Positions 1 to 14,292 of a DNA stretch of 64,000 nucleotides are shown here, in pieces. Each line of letters begins with the position of its first letter. Position 1 is the stretch's first letter. Under the pieces are notes generated by a model that was not told the origin of the DNA, searched no databases, and saw nothing but the letters and a program-made list of their open reading frames with translations. Source of the DNA: the human T2T-CHM13v2.0 reference genome, Homo sapiens; NCBI RefSeq assembly GCF_009914755.1, contig NC_060941.1. The stretch is one strand, 5' to 3'. The position numbers and the translations under genes were made by a program.

Positions 1-111
1 CAATATCATTTATGAGCAACTCTTATGTTTTCTAATATTTTATGATTTTCTCTTTTTATACTTCCAGCTTTTCTATTATATGATTTTTCTGGATTATTTG
101 ATTATTTATAG

Positions 112-476
<365 letters not shown>

Positions 477-539
477 TGTTGCTTTTATGATATGTAGAGA
501 GAATGAGTTGTGTGGAGTAATACTGAGGCAACATAAGAT

Positions 540-690
540 TCTGGTTAAGCCCATAGGCACTGGAGGCAGATTGCTCAGCCTTAACTTCTCTGTCCCTCAG
601 TCTTATTATCTGTAAAATGGGGATAAAATTAATAATAGTTTCTATTCCATAGGGTTGTTGGAGTGAGGAAACAAAAGCTAAATTAAAACA
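540..690 (+). mobile_element. MIR fragment
   Basis: MIR core-like ttctctgtccctcagt...tctgtaaaatggggata...catagggttgttg. Confidence 0.75.
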
Positions 691-827
691 CACACACACA
701 CTGAAAAAGTATTTGATGTAGGTAGATGTGTAGAGAAAGTATTTGAAGCATATATAGATGACTCTATATACATGAGTATGGATTATATTACATATATACA
801 TAAAAAGACATATGTATTTTTATAGAG

Positions 828-933
828 TCAAACATGTCATTCTTTCCCTCTATGGCTTAAGACAACCTTTCATGTAATCTTGGGAGACAGGAAAGGTTGT
901 CTTAGCCACAGAGGGAAAGAATGACACGTTTGA
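828..933. repeat. Long inverted repeat / hairpin
   Basis: Arms 828-871 and 891-933 are reverse complements except 2 substitutions and a 1-nt bulge. Confidence 0.95.
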
Positions 934-1380
934 GTTGCATATGCAAAAAACTTGGTACATTGAAAGACAAGCGTGTGGCTGAGAGAAATACATGCAGCAC
1001 ACATACCACAAAGAGTACTACTCATAATAAATGATCCCAGCAATCAACTAGAAAAAACAGACACCAAAGAAAAATGGGCAAAGGTTATAAAAAAGCAATT
1101 CCTAGAAAAAGGAATATAGAAGGCCAATAAACATGCAATGTTCAACCTCAATAATAGTCATAGAAATGCAAATTCAAATACTCATGACGTGTCATTTCCC
1201 ATGCAACACATTGGCAAAAATGGAAAATATGAATAATGTTCCAGCATAGAGAGAATCATAGGAAGATGGGAACTGGCAATCATAACCAATGGGAACAAAA
1301 ATTAGTAAAGCTTTTTTGTATGGCAAATTTATAAAATCTATCAAAAGGTAAAATATGCATACCTTTGATTTGTCTTAGAA
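890..1380 (+). mobile_element. Old L1 (L1M) ORF2 3' fragment
   Basis: A-rich L1-like motifs: aaaaatgggcaaagg, gaaatgcaaattcaaa, ttggcaaaaat. Confidence 0.7.
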
Positions 1381-1999
1381 AAACACTGTACATGTTTTTA
1401 AGTAAGCATAAACAATACAAACATATTTATGTTAAAAATTGTATGTTAAAAATATAAGCTATATATTTTTATTTGTATGTATATAAAAATTCATTTAATA
1501 AAAAGCACTGGATGTGTGATATCAAACTGTTGTTTCCTGTGTCACCTCTGGAGAGAGAAGTAGACTAAGGGCCAGGTTGCTTTTTCCTCTTGCTAGATAT
1601 ACTTCTGTGTTTGAATATTTCATGAGTCTGAATTTGTGCATTTGTATAAAGTAAATAAACAGGCATTTTTCCAGGCCCACAGGCAAGAAGATTCTTGGGA
1701 GCAGGATGCTAGCTGTAGAAGCTCAAGGTTGGGAAAGTGAGTGACAGATTTTGGGAAGAACAAGAATTTGGTGGCAGTATTTAAAGATGCTTAAAGGTCT
1801 TAACTTATGTTTTAGAAAAGGAAGCAACCCAAGAGGCATGGAGGAAAAGTTGCTTTATTGATGGGCGCCAACCTCTTCCATCTCCTGTGCCTGTTTTCAG
1901 GCTTTGTGCAGTTGCGTCCCCACACACGGCTCGTAGACGCCCCCGAGGCACTGTGCTCCTCACTTTCTTTTCCAACATGTGTTCCTTATCTCTGGTTTA

Positions 2000-2297
2000 T
2001 TGATTTATTATTTATGTATGTATTTTTAGAGACAGGGTCTCTTCTGTCACCCAGGCTGGAGTGCAGTGATGAGATTATAGCTCACTGCAGCCTCAACCTC
2101 CTGTGCTCAAGAGATCTTCCCACTTCAGCCTCCTGAGTAGCTGGGACTACAGGTGTGCACCACCGTGCCTGGCTAATTTATTTATTTGTAGGTATAGAGG
2201 CTTACTACAGGCTGTTCTTGAACTTGTGGGTTCAGGTGATCCTCCCACCTTGGCCTCAAAGTGCTGGGATTACAAGCGTGAACCACTGTGCCTGGCC
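2000..2297 (-). mobile_element. Alu (AluJ-like)
   Basis: Antisense Alu, diagnostic atagctcactgcagcctcaacc. Confidence 0.9.
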
Positions 2298-4943
2298 TCT
2301 CTAGTTTAAAAGATTGTCATCTGAGGTTCAAAATAAGCCCTTCATCCATTATCCACCCAGCAGACATCCAGCACCCAGTCTGAGCTGGCAGTGTGCTAGG
2401 CCCTAGGGAGACAAGGGTGAGCAAAAGAGAACGTGCCAGCCTCCAGGGACCTACGCATGGGTTGGGGAGGAGGGACAGTAAACACTGATGAATTATATCA
2501 CTGTGATGGTGGCTGCGAAGCTGCCATTGGGGGCTGTGGTGGAGAGTCACAGAGGGAGGGATCCTTTCCCTGGGTGGGCAGGAGGCGCAAGGAAACTAGG
2601 GTCCTCTGAGGAGAGCCTGCATCGCTGCAGTCTCTCCCATTCCATCCCTTTCTCCGCACCCCTACCGCCATGTCTTCATTCCTTTCACTGGGACCACTGT
2701 TTCCCAGATTTTAGTTCTTTAATGCCTCTTTTCACAGTTGTTGCCATTGTCAACTACCATTACTTATTACAGTTCCTAAAACTGACTTAACATTATTAAT
2801 GTATCTTGAAAGGACTTAACCGCAAGTGAGAAACAATGAAAATGAAATGATGCTAAATTTAAAAGTTAGGATGATAGGTAATGAAGGCAGAACTCTTGAA
2901 TGTGGTCTAGAAGGCATGCATGGGGTTGCTCTGATCACAAAGGGATGCTATTTATATGGGAGAAAGGGAATGTATTAGGATTAGATATTTAGCTGGCAGG
3001 GGGACTCTCTTGTCAGTGAACTCAGGGAGGACACTGTAGGAAAGAGATGACAGAAAGAGGGAGAGACTGCAGAGCATTTATTTATTTTGTTTAATTACAA
3101 GCGTGAGATAAGCCAGCAACACATTACAACCCGGGGGATCAGAGGGTCCCTCTGAGACAGACTGCGGGAGCCACATCTGGTTGCTACAGTAACGGGCCTC
3201 CTTATAACGAGAAGAGCCACAAGTGCCCGACATAAATGGCTTGGGGCAGAGGAGCAACAAGCGGCCTACCTTGCTGCCTCTTGGGGAAGGCAGTCTCGGG
3301 GAGGTTTCGCAGTGGGTAAAGAATGAGACTCTCGTGGGGAGGGTCTCGGGTTGTCTTGAGTCTAGGAGCTTGAGGGCCTCTCCGGGTCTTACTGATGAGG
3401 TCGAACATAGGGAAAGGAAGTCCTCCTGGCTTCACCTGTGCTGCCTGCGAGCCCTTACTGCATGGGAGGAGCCCCAGGACAAGAAGGCGGTACAGCAGCT
3501 TTTTTGAACTGGCTTGGGATGCTGAGAGATTTGGGCATCCCTTGGCCATCCTGAGGAGGGCCAGGCCCACATGATGGGATCAGTGCAGGGGGGGGTGGTC
3601 ACTGGGGCCCTCCTGTGGTCCTTCTTGCCGGCGTCACCCCTGTAGCTGCAGGAACTTGAAACCCCTGCCCCAAACTTGCATTCTCCTTCCTGCCCCAGTA
3701 TGCCTCCTCCTTGCTTTGCTGTTCCCTGTGCCTGTGAGTTTCTCTCCCTCTTGTCATCTAGTTCATGCTTCTTATCCTGGAAGGGTCACCAAAGGGTCTT
3801 TTCCTTCCTGCTGGGTCATGTGCCCCTTGAATAAGCTCTTCTGTCACTGTGTGACTTTTTAGTAGCATTTTCCCAATTGATATCTGGTATTTTCAAGGCC
3901 ATTTGATAGTTCCCTACACTGGATGGTGAGCCCCAGGTGGGGAGGGGTGGTGTTTGGTTTTGTCCATCCTGTGTCCTGGTGCCTACTGCAGTGCCTAGAT
4001 ACAGGAGGTGCTTCCAGAATGATTCTTGAGCAAACAAATGAATGAGACAGTCCCCAGCTGTTTGTGTAAACGAGTGAATTCCCACGACTCGTTTTGGGCC
4101 TGGTTTTTTTTCCCAGTGCAGCAGAGCACAGGGAATGAAGGGGAGAGGAGGGCCTGGGGAGCGGGGATGTGGGGTGTGCGTGTGAACCATGGGAGGAAGC
4201 CTGGGTTTTATTCCAAGGGACACAGGGACCGACTGGAGGGCTTTGAGCAGAGGAGTGATGGGATCTGACCTACATTGCTAAAGGATCATTGTGGTTAGTG
4301 TGGAAAGATTAGCCAGGTGGAGGGAGAGGGCTGAGGAGAGGATGGAGGTGAATTAGAGGGGTGGTGGCATCTGGAAGATTGGGCTGGACTGGGATCTGTC
4401 CGGAATGTAGAGCCCACGGGTGCAGCGTTCTGGGCGTCAGGATCCCATGATGTGTTTGTTGCTCTGATCCGTGCTGTAACTTTTCACAGGTGAGCTATGC
4501 TGTGGCCCTGAGTTTCCCACATTACAACACACACACAACTTTTCAATCAACAAACCTTTGCTGCCCCCAAAGCCACCCCAGGAGCCCCTGGGGCCCATGT
4601 GTGCCAGTTGAGGCCACGGTGGCCCCACCTGCAGCTGGCTGGCCGTTCAGACTCCTGCTGCTGCTCCCGCTGCCTCCTTCCATCACAGATGATACTGAGT
4701 TGTTACCAGTCAAGACAGGGAAAAGGCACCCTCAAAGCCTCAGCTCTTCAACCTGCCGTTCTGGGCCTCCGCCATCCACCGCCACTCTTGTTTTCCAGTG
4801 CCATTTTGCACAACTTCCACCATGCTCGCGCGCTGTGGCCAAACAGCACTACTCCTTGCCTGCTTTTGGGGGTGCTCCTCTTCTCACCTGGAATGCCCTC
4901 TCCTCCAGTTTTCACATGTCAACCTCCTACCCATCCTTCAGAG

Positions 4944-5560
4944 TTGTATTAGTCTGCTTGGTCGCTCACAACAAAGTAACACAGACTGTAGGTCTTAAAC
5001 AAAAGACATTAATTTTCTCACAGTACTGGAAGCAGACATTGGAGTCAAAATCAAGGTGTTATTTTGGGAGGTTGAGGCAGGAGAATTGCTTCATCCCAGG
5101 AGTTTGAGACCAGCCTGGGCAACACAGTGAGACCCCATTTCTCAAAAAAGAAAAAAATTAGCCAGGCGTGGTGGTGTGCACCTTGTCCCAGCTACTGAAG
5201 AGGCTGAGGTGGGAGGGTTGCTTGAGTGTTGAGTTTGAGGCTTCAGTGAGGTATGATCATGCCACTGCTCTCCAGCCTTGGCAACAGAGCAAGACCCTGT
5301 CTCAAACTATATGTGTGTATATATATATATATTCACCTTGTATCTTCACATGGTTATCCCTCTGTGTGTGCCTGTGTCCTAATCTTTTCTTATATGGACA
5401 TCAGTCATACTGGATTAGGGCTCAACCATATGACCTCATTGCACCTTAATTACCACTTGAAAGACCCTCTCTCCAAATACAGTTACATTCTGAGACATTA
5501 GGGGTTAGGGCTTCAACATAGGAAGGGAGTGGCGGGGAGGGACACAGTTCAGCCCATGAC
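4944..5560 (-). mobile_element. MaLR (MLT1-type) LTR, interrupted by an Alu
   Basis: tgtattagtctg...attttctcacagt...ggattagggc...tctccaaatacagttacattctgag...acacagttcagccc. Confidence 0.8.
5063..5306 (+). mobile_element. Alu (AluJ-like, 5' truncated)
   Basis: Alu consensus within the MLT1 LTR. Confidence 0.9.
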
Positions 5561-5666
5561 TAGAGTCTCAGTGAGATGCCACTTTCCCCTCCAGCACCCA
5601 CTGTGCTCACACACCATAGCCTGTTAGTGGGCTTCTTTCTAGCACTGGTTGCTGTGTCCTTTGGTG

Positions 5667-5706
5667 TTCGTTCGTTCGTTCGTTCGTTCGTTCGTTCATT
5701 CATTCA
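5667..5706. repeat. (TTCG)7(TTCA)3 microsatellite
   Basis: Read directly. Confidence 0.95.
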
Positions 5707-6179
5707 TCCATCTAAAAATAGTACTAAGAGACATCTAGTCCAGACTCCTGGACTGTATTATTCTTTCTGAGTCCTGACCACACCAACTATATCTGACACA
5801 GGTCACCTGGGACATTTAATTTTTTGTTAATTCATCAAACAAAATTTCTGAACACTTCTCATATGTAAGGCATTGATCCAGATGCTAGGCAGCAGGCACA
5901 GCAGAAGGGGTCTGAATGCCAGCCAGCTGCTGGTGGGGCCACTGATTTGCCTTTCCTTTTAAATGCAAAGGCGAATCAGAGTTGGCACTTCCAGTTAGTT
6001 GGAGAGACATAACTGGCATATACAGTCATACAAGAGAGGACATAGACAAAATGCTTGGAATTTAGAGCAACACCAAATCACATTTGTCTTTGTAGGTGTG
6101 GGGAGATGGCAGATAAGACTACAAGGGTGAACTGACATTTGATCTGGGACTTAAAGATGGGTAAGATTTGTGTAGATAG

Positions 6180-7480
<1,301 letters not shown>

Positions 7481-9702
7481 GTCTTTAATGTGGACCAGAC
7501 ACTGGGCCCACAGGTGTGGAACCACAGAGGAATGAGACAGAGCCCTTCACTCAGGGACCATCTGGGCAAGGGAGGTGGGGGTGGGAGTCACACAGGGAAA
7601 CAGTCTTTGTCTGGTGTAAGGCCTGCTGATAAGCCTGGGTCCAGGGTGCTGTGGACACACTGTGGTGTGGAAGCAGGTCTGTGCCCAGACAAGGGGCTGT
7701 GAACTGAGGTTTACCAGACAGTAGAGGGTAAGTGAAAAGCAGGAGTTCAGGCTGGGAAGCCTGTTCTGGGCTTAGAGTGGCCTTGGGCAGGCCTGGAGGC
7801 TGGATGATAGAACTCAGCATCCCTGCAGCTGCTGGTCATTTGCTGTGCCTGGGGTCAAAGTGCAAGACAGCTGGCAGGAGTGGGCAGAAGGGAGCAGGGG
7901 CCTGAGCACTTGGTGTGCCTTATCCTCAAACAAAGAGGAGGTGGAGGTGGCTTCATGGCATGGCTCAGGCTGTGCTCTTTGAGGGTCGGGGGTAACTGTC
8001 CCTCTTTATTTTGAAAGTCAGATGTGTCTGTGTCATAAAGGGCACATCCATAGGGGGCAGCGGAAGTGCTGTTACATAACCGTTTCTGTCCCTCACGCTG
8101 GAAACAGATCGCACAGCAGTTGCTGTACTTGCTGTTCCTTGTAGACTTACTCCTGTGCAAGGAACGTGTAATGACAAGGTAATCCCAGGAGCAGCCTGCA
8201 AAATTATCCGTCGTATTTGTGGTTCCTGTGTATATTTAAAACACAATGCTAGAAGCGATTGATGCTGACGAAGGATAGGGCATATTCCAGGCACTGAATA
8301 AATTAACCCTGCAAAGCACAGCAGTTGCTTTCATTAGCCAGCTGGCACTGCAGGAATATTGCTAAAGCCTGTGGGTTAGAAAAGAAAATCTCAGGAATGC
8401 GAGAACAAAAAAGAAATCAGCCACATTCAGTGATTTAACTTAATCTGGCAACAATAAGGAAATCCAGAACTCACGGTGCTCTGAGCAATGGCGGACTCCC
8501 GCTGCATGTGCGAGTGGATGGATATTCCCTGTTCAGTGGAGGGGATATCCACCACGACTCTGGGTACCCACGGCGGGATGCAGATGTGAGTTAGGGCCAT
8601 GCAGCGATGATCCAGGTTTTGTTCCTGCATCCTCTGCAACTAGAGAAGCTCCAGCAAAGTTCTGTGTTCCCCTCTTTTCTTCCTGATGTCCCCAAGGAGT
8701 GAAGCAAATGAATAGGCCTAGCTAATGTGCCATCTCTCTCTCCCTTCTCTACCTGGCCAGGCACTTTCTGGGATGGCTGCTGCCATCATGTCCATGACAC
8801 TGAAGGCCTCTGCTGCCTGCTGTCCCACTGCTGCCTCCGCCACCCTGGGCACCACTGCTGCCTTGTTGCCCTGTGGCTGTGAGGTGCCATAGTGCCAAGT
8901 CTTCAGCACGCCCCAGAAGCCATGATGAGTATGGTGGAGGCCTCAGAATTTCCTGGGGAAGTAGCTCTTTCCATGTTGCCTTGATGGCCCTGTTCCCACC
9001 TCCTGTCTCTCCCCCTAGGCCAAGTGTTATCCCAGGAGACCCTTCACTTCCACAGACAGACAGACAGACTGCCAGGGACCCTCCTCAGCCAGCCTCTTCA
9101 CATGCCGAGGCCACAGCACTCAGTGTGGTTGGGTCCAGTTGAGACCCTGCTGCTCATGACTTAAGGCTTCTGTGCATTGAATTAAGCCACTAGGGGACTT
9201 ATGAGATCACCCTCTGGCTTCTCTTGTTGGGTCCCATACAGCCAGTATGTGTCACCAGGGGCATGTGGCATGTGTAGCCTGCCTCTCCTGAGTTTGCAGA
9301 GCTGGGCTGGCTCCTCCTTGATTTTATCTTCCTCTGGACCAGAGTGGCTGAAGTATAGTGAGCAGAGGGAGGGGCAGTGGACGTGGTGAGGGGCCAGACC
9401 TCTCCATCCATGGGTGGGGGCTCTCGTTATGGAGGGTCCCTTTTTTGCGTCTGTGCTCAGCAGTGCGGGGGAAGAGGGTTTGTCCCCTTCCTCCCAGGTC
9501 CTCATCGTTCAAATGCACGGAAGCATGTTGGTAGAGCACACAGAGGTTTTGCTGGGTGGGTGGGGCAGCATGCCCTGCAGTTCTTGCATTGTTTCCAGAG
9601 GAAATAGAATAGAATGCAACAGAACTGGCCTGCCTGTTGCCTGGGAAGCTGTTCTCCTGACATCACAGGGCTGTGCCCATATCCCCGCTTGGCTTAGGGG
9701 CC

Positions 9703-9748
9703 CCTAAGTTAGGAACAAAGAAGCAGAAAAGGTTGGATAAAAGATAAG
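9703..9748 (+). other. SPECC1: Probable alternative non-coding first exon of SPECC1 (5' start approximate)
   Basis: Donor AAG|GTACTC (GT 9749-9750); no ATG; in-frame TAG at 9710; X-box-like and CRE-like motifs upstream; matches my unverified recollection of SPECC1 isoforms starting ~9.6 kb before the first coding exon. Confidence 0.5.
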
Positions 9749-10344
9749 GTACTCAGACTTGATACTTTAAATTATCAAGTTCCTAAGTCTATGGTTACCA
9801 TCAGTTCATACTTTACAAAGCATTTATTAACATAAATTCATTTATTATGTTTCTGTGAAGATGCCTGGTTAAATCTGAAACCATAGAAATGTAAAGTATT
9901 GTTTACTATTTCTGTGAAACTAGGGTGTAAACCAAAAGTTTTAAAAGCCATCCCTCAGGAATAAATTTAGGAATTATTTCTCAAGCATGACTGTGAGTTA
10001 AGAATATTAAGTTTTATAACACTGATGCTTACACATCAGCATGAATGTTTTCAAGGTAGTAGTGCTGGAAGGCTCTATATTCACATCCATGGGGCTCTCA
10101 TCCTGAAAGCAGTCTGGGGACTTTATTATTTTTTTTCAACCATTTAGAGATATTTATAAGTATTATGGGAGAAGGATTGTCATTGCCTTCCAGTTCTCTT
10201 TTGTGCTTGCCCGTTAATTCAGCACCTATTTAGTGAGTGGCTCCTGCCTGCTGGGACTGTGTACCTTTGTAGAAGCTCCCTGGCTGGTGGGGCAGGGCCA
10301 GGGAGGCACCCATATGCATGTTTTCAGTGAAAGCCAGAATCTAA

Positions 10345-11210
10345 GTATTCATTAACTAATATTTGTTGAGCACCTATTATGTGCCAGGAACACAATGGTG
10401 AACAAGGGAGGTAAAGGCCCTGCTATCACGGACCTTCCCTAGTAGCACAGGAAGGCAGATAACCCATGACAGAAAATCAATGGCAGATAATCGATGGCAG
10501 TGAGAGTCTTCATTTGGTGATAAAGGCTCTGAAGAAATAAACCAGGGGCTGTTTGGTGGGGTGGGAGAGCTACTCTAGAGAGTATAAGAAAGACACCTCC
10601 TAGAGGAAGCACCTTGGAGCAGAGACTGACCTAGGAGAAAGGAGCCCACTGTGTGAGGAGCTGGGGGGACATTCTGGACAGAGGGAACAGCAGGGTCAGA
10701 GCTCTTCCTTGGGAACTAGCTGCACATGCTCAGGGAGCTGGGAGCGGCCCACATGAAGCACAGTGAGCAGGGGAGAGTGATCAGAGCTAGGCGAGGAGGT
10801 GGGCAGGGCCAGGAAGCCTAGGAGCTTGGGGCTGGGACAAAGACCTTGGGCTTTCACTCCCAATGCAGTGAGAAGCCACTGGGGGGTTCTGTGTAGGGAG
10901 TGATGTGATCTGATTTTTGTGTACGTGTCTTAATTTTGAAACTTTAATTTTAGTGAAAAAAAGTCACATAACATGAAATTTACCATCTTAACCATTTTTA
11001 AGTGGACAGTTCATGATTTGTGTTTTGAAAAGACTCCTGTGGCTGCTGAATGGGCATTAAGTGGTAGGCAAGAAGGGGCAAGAGCAGAAGCCAAGAGCCA
11101 GTGAGGGGAGGCTGCAGCACCCGGGTGAGAGGCAGGGCTGGCCCAAGGGGTGGGCAGTGGTCACAGACCTAGGAGTTCCAGAAGAGAGATGATTTTCTGG
11201 AGGTTTAGAG
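10345..11210 (-). mobile_element. L2 fragment (with small L1 3'-end insert ~10930-11010)
   Basis: L2 3' end motif atatttgttgagcacctattatgtgccagg and gggagtgatgtgatctgattt. Confidence 0.8.
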
Positions 11211-11441
11211 CTGGGAGTATCATATCAGAAAGGTTTTTGCAAGAAAGTCTTGATTGGCATAAGCCTAAAAGGAGGGGATAAAACATTCATACAGGGAGGC
11301 CCTCAGATTGGTGAATACCCCAAGATGAGAACCGCAAGTTTCATTGGAAGTGCAGAGAAGAGTCCTGTTTGGCTACACTGCAGGGTAAGGGGTCAGCGTG
11401 GCTCAGCCGAGCTCAGGCAAGCCGTCATTTAATTTGGTGGA

Positions 11442-11797
11442 TGCTATTGTCTGAATGTTGATGTACCCCCCAAAATTTATCTGTTGGAACCTAAAACCCC
11501 ATGTGATAGGATTAAGAGGTGGGGCCTTTGGGAAGTCGGCCATGAGGGCTTCACCCTCATGAATGGGATTGTGCTTGTGCAAAACAGGCTTGAGGAGCTC
11601 CCTTGCCCCTTCTGCCATGTGAGGCGCAGCAAGAAGGCACCTTCTGTGCGGCAGAGTGAGCCCTCACCAGACACTGAATCTGCTGGTGCCTTGCCTTGGA
11701 CTTCCCAGCCTCCAAAACTGTAAGCAATGAGTTTGCCTTGTTTATAAATTACCCAGTCTACAGTTTTTTGTTGTAGGAACCCAAATGGACTCAGACG
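11442..11797 (+). mobile_element. MaLR solo LTR (MST/MLT1A-type)
   Basis: tgctattgtctgaatg...ggacttcccagcctccaaaactgtaag...tttataaattacccagtc...ggactcagac. Confidence 0.9.
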
Positions 11798-12039
11798 GTG
11801 TGTAAGGGGAGCAGTAGGCCAGGGTTAGGCACACAGCCTGAAGTGGCATTGCTGAGGGTCCCGTTGGGGGAGTTAGCAAACTCCTCGACATTCCCTTCTT
11901 GCTGAACTATAAAATGGGGATGACAGCAGCTACCTCACAGGGTAGTCAGAAACATGAAAGAAGACGAAGGAAAATGATGAACATGGTGCCGGTCTCTTAG
12001 TTGGTGTTGCTAAATGTTAGCTTAAAAATACAGTAAAAT

Positions 12040-12393
<354 letters not shown>

Positions 12394-13574
12394 TCAGAAA
12401 TCTGTCTTGAATATGTGGAACGGATGAGCCCAGGAGGGCCTTAATGCCAATCTGTGCTGGAGAAAAAGGCAGGGCTCCTACAGGAAATGTTGCAGGCATC
12501 TGATCTGCTGGCCTGGACAGCCGTGAATTTGAGAAATGGGCGCCCTAGAGAGGAGTCCAAGATGACTGAGGTTTTGAGTCTGGAAGAGCAAGAGAAAGGC
12601 TGTGCCGATGACAGAAATAGGGAAGTCCGGGCTGAAGCTGGTTATTCAGGGTTTGTTCTGTGCCCCAGGCTGAGGCTGGCTGTACACAGGCAGATGCCAG
12701 GAGGCTGCCCCTGGGAAGGGCTTACCAACAAGGAGAGGCATACGTATGAGACCGTCTCAGACTAGGAGAAGATTTTCTGGAGCGGAGAGACTTGAGCACA
12801 CTTTGGAAGGTGGTGTTGAAGTTAGCCGGGCCATGGGAGCTGGGCAGGTTTCCTGGGCCTCCTGTTTGCCACACCACATCTCTGTCTTCTTCCTCCAGCT
12901 CTGCACCAGCGCAGGCGACCGTAGACACTGTACCTGTGTCCCATGCCTTCCCTGAGCCTGTGGGCAGCACTGGCTGTCAGGTTGGAGGGAGGGAGAGGAT
13001 GCGTATGAGGTGTTTCCTAGCTCTGGGGTGCTGCACTTTCCGTTTTGCTTCTCCCTTTCATTACAAGCCCTGCCCACACCTTTGTAAACACTTCCTTTCT
13101 CAGCTCACCTCAGTTCCCCAGCTGGCGTCCCAGGCAGAGGCAGTTGCATGTGCAAAGGCCCGGAGCCAGGACTTGATAAATATGGCTCAAGATGCTGCAG
13201 CCTAGATAGATATGAAAGTCTCTGGTTCCCTCCTATACTGTAGTTTTTATTCTGTTTACTTTGCACTAGACCATTTTACACTATTCCAAAAAAAAAAAAA
13301 AGGGCTCTTATTTTATTTCCATCTCCTTTTCCTACTGCCTTGGCTCATTCACTTTAATCCTTTGATGGAAGCCATGTTACAGGTAAGGGAATAACTACTT
13401 ATTAGTGGTCATTTAGCTCTTTGGGATGCTGGTTGCTTGAGGCAGCTTTGGAGACAGAAGGACGTCACAGACCAGTGATTGTGAGCTCTTGGTCTCAATA
13501 TAGCTGCCAGATTATAGCCTCTCTCTTGGGTCTGCATTTCATATTTGGGACTTGCCTCGGCCTCTGTTTCTTAT

Positions 13575-13661
13575 TCCAGATTACACCCTATTCCTTATGG
13601 GTCTCCATATTATACCCTATTCCTTATGGGTCTCCAGATTACACCCTATTCTTTATGGGTC
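13575..13661. repeat. 29-bp minisatellite x3
   Basis: tccagattacaccctattccttatgggtc, three adjacent near-identical copies. Confidence 0.95.
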
Positions 13662-14112
13662 TTCACCTTCTGGCAGGAGTCCATAGTTTCTTACTCCACT
13701 ATCAAAGTTTGTTTTCAGGTTTGAGGTGGTGTGGTTAGCGATGTACAAATGTTCTTTTCCATTTAGTTTTTGTTTTTATCACTTCTTTTTTTCCAGTGAC
13801 TTCTGCTGATGGGATCAATGAATTTTACTTTGGAATTTTTCTTCTGATGCTGTATGGAAATCTGTTCTTTTCCTTATTTACTGGGAAAGAATCTGAGGCT
13901 ATTGGGATGATTTTTCATCTCAAGACTGTGGGAAATAATCAGCTTTGAAGCATTTCCTGTGGCCATTTGCTGAAGTCTGGGATTCCGTCAGCTGCGCCCC
14001 AACCAGATTTTCAGTGTTAATGTTTCCATGTTAGGTGGTGAGGCTAAGCAGATACGTCATGTGCCGGCTGGTCTAGGAGCCAGTGTCCCAGGGCTCTCAT
14101 TCTTCCTCTGGA

Positions 14113-14292
14113 AGTCTCTCCACCGTGGCACTGCTGACATTGTAGGCCAGATGCTTCCTTGTTGTAGGGCTCCCCTTTGGGTTACCGATGTCTAGCAGCA
14201 TCTCTGGGCTCTGTCCAGTAGCACCCCAAGTTGTGACACCGTAAATGCCTCTGCACATTGCCACGTGCCCATTGGGCTTAGAACTACTACTG
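14113..14292 (-). mobile_element. MER20 (hAT-Charlie DNA transposon)
   Basis: ggcactgctgacatt...tagcagcatctctgg...ccagtagcacccc...ttgtgaca...acattgcca. Confidence 0.75.

Noticed and set aside
4490-5107. 205-aa ORF (similarly 25861-26445, 44673-45212, 46552-47049, 48429-48962)
   Set aside because: No recognisable domains; they lie in GC-rich, low-complexity or repeat-derived DNA and several run into LTR/Alu/L2; expected by chance.
13575-13661. CRISPR-like array (also the 20-bp repeat at 20298-20390)
   Set aside because: No unique spacers or only two copies, no cas genes, and a mammalian context.
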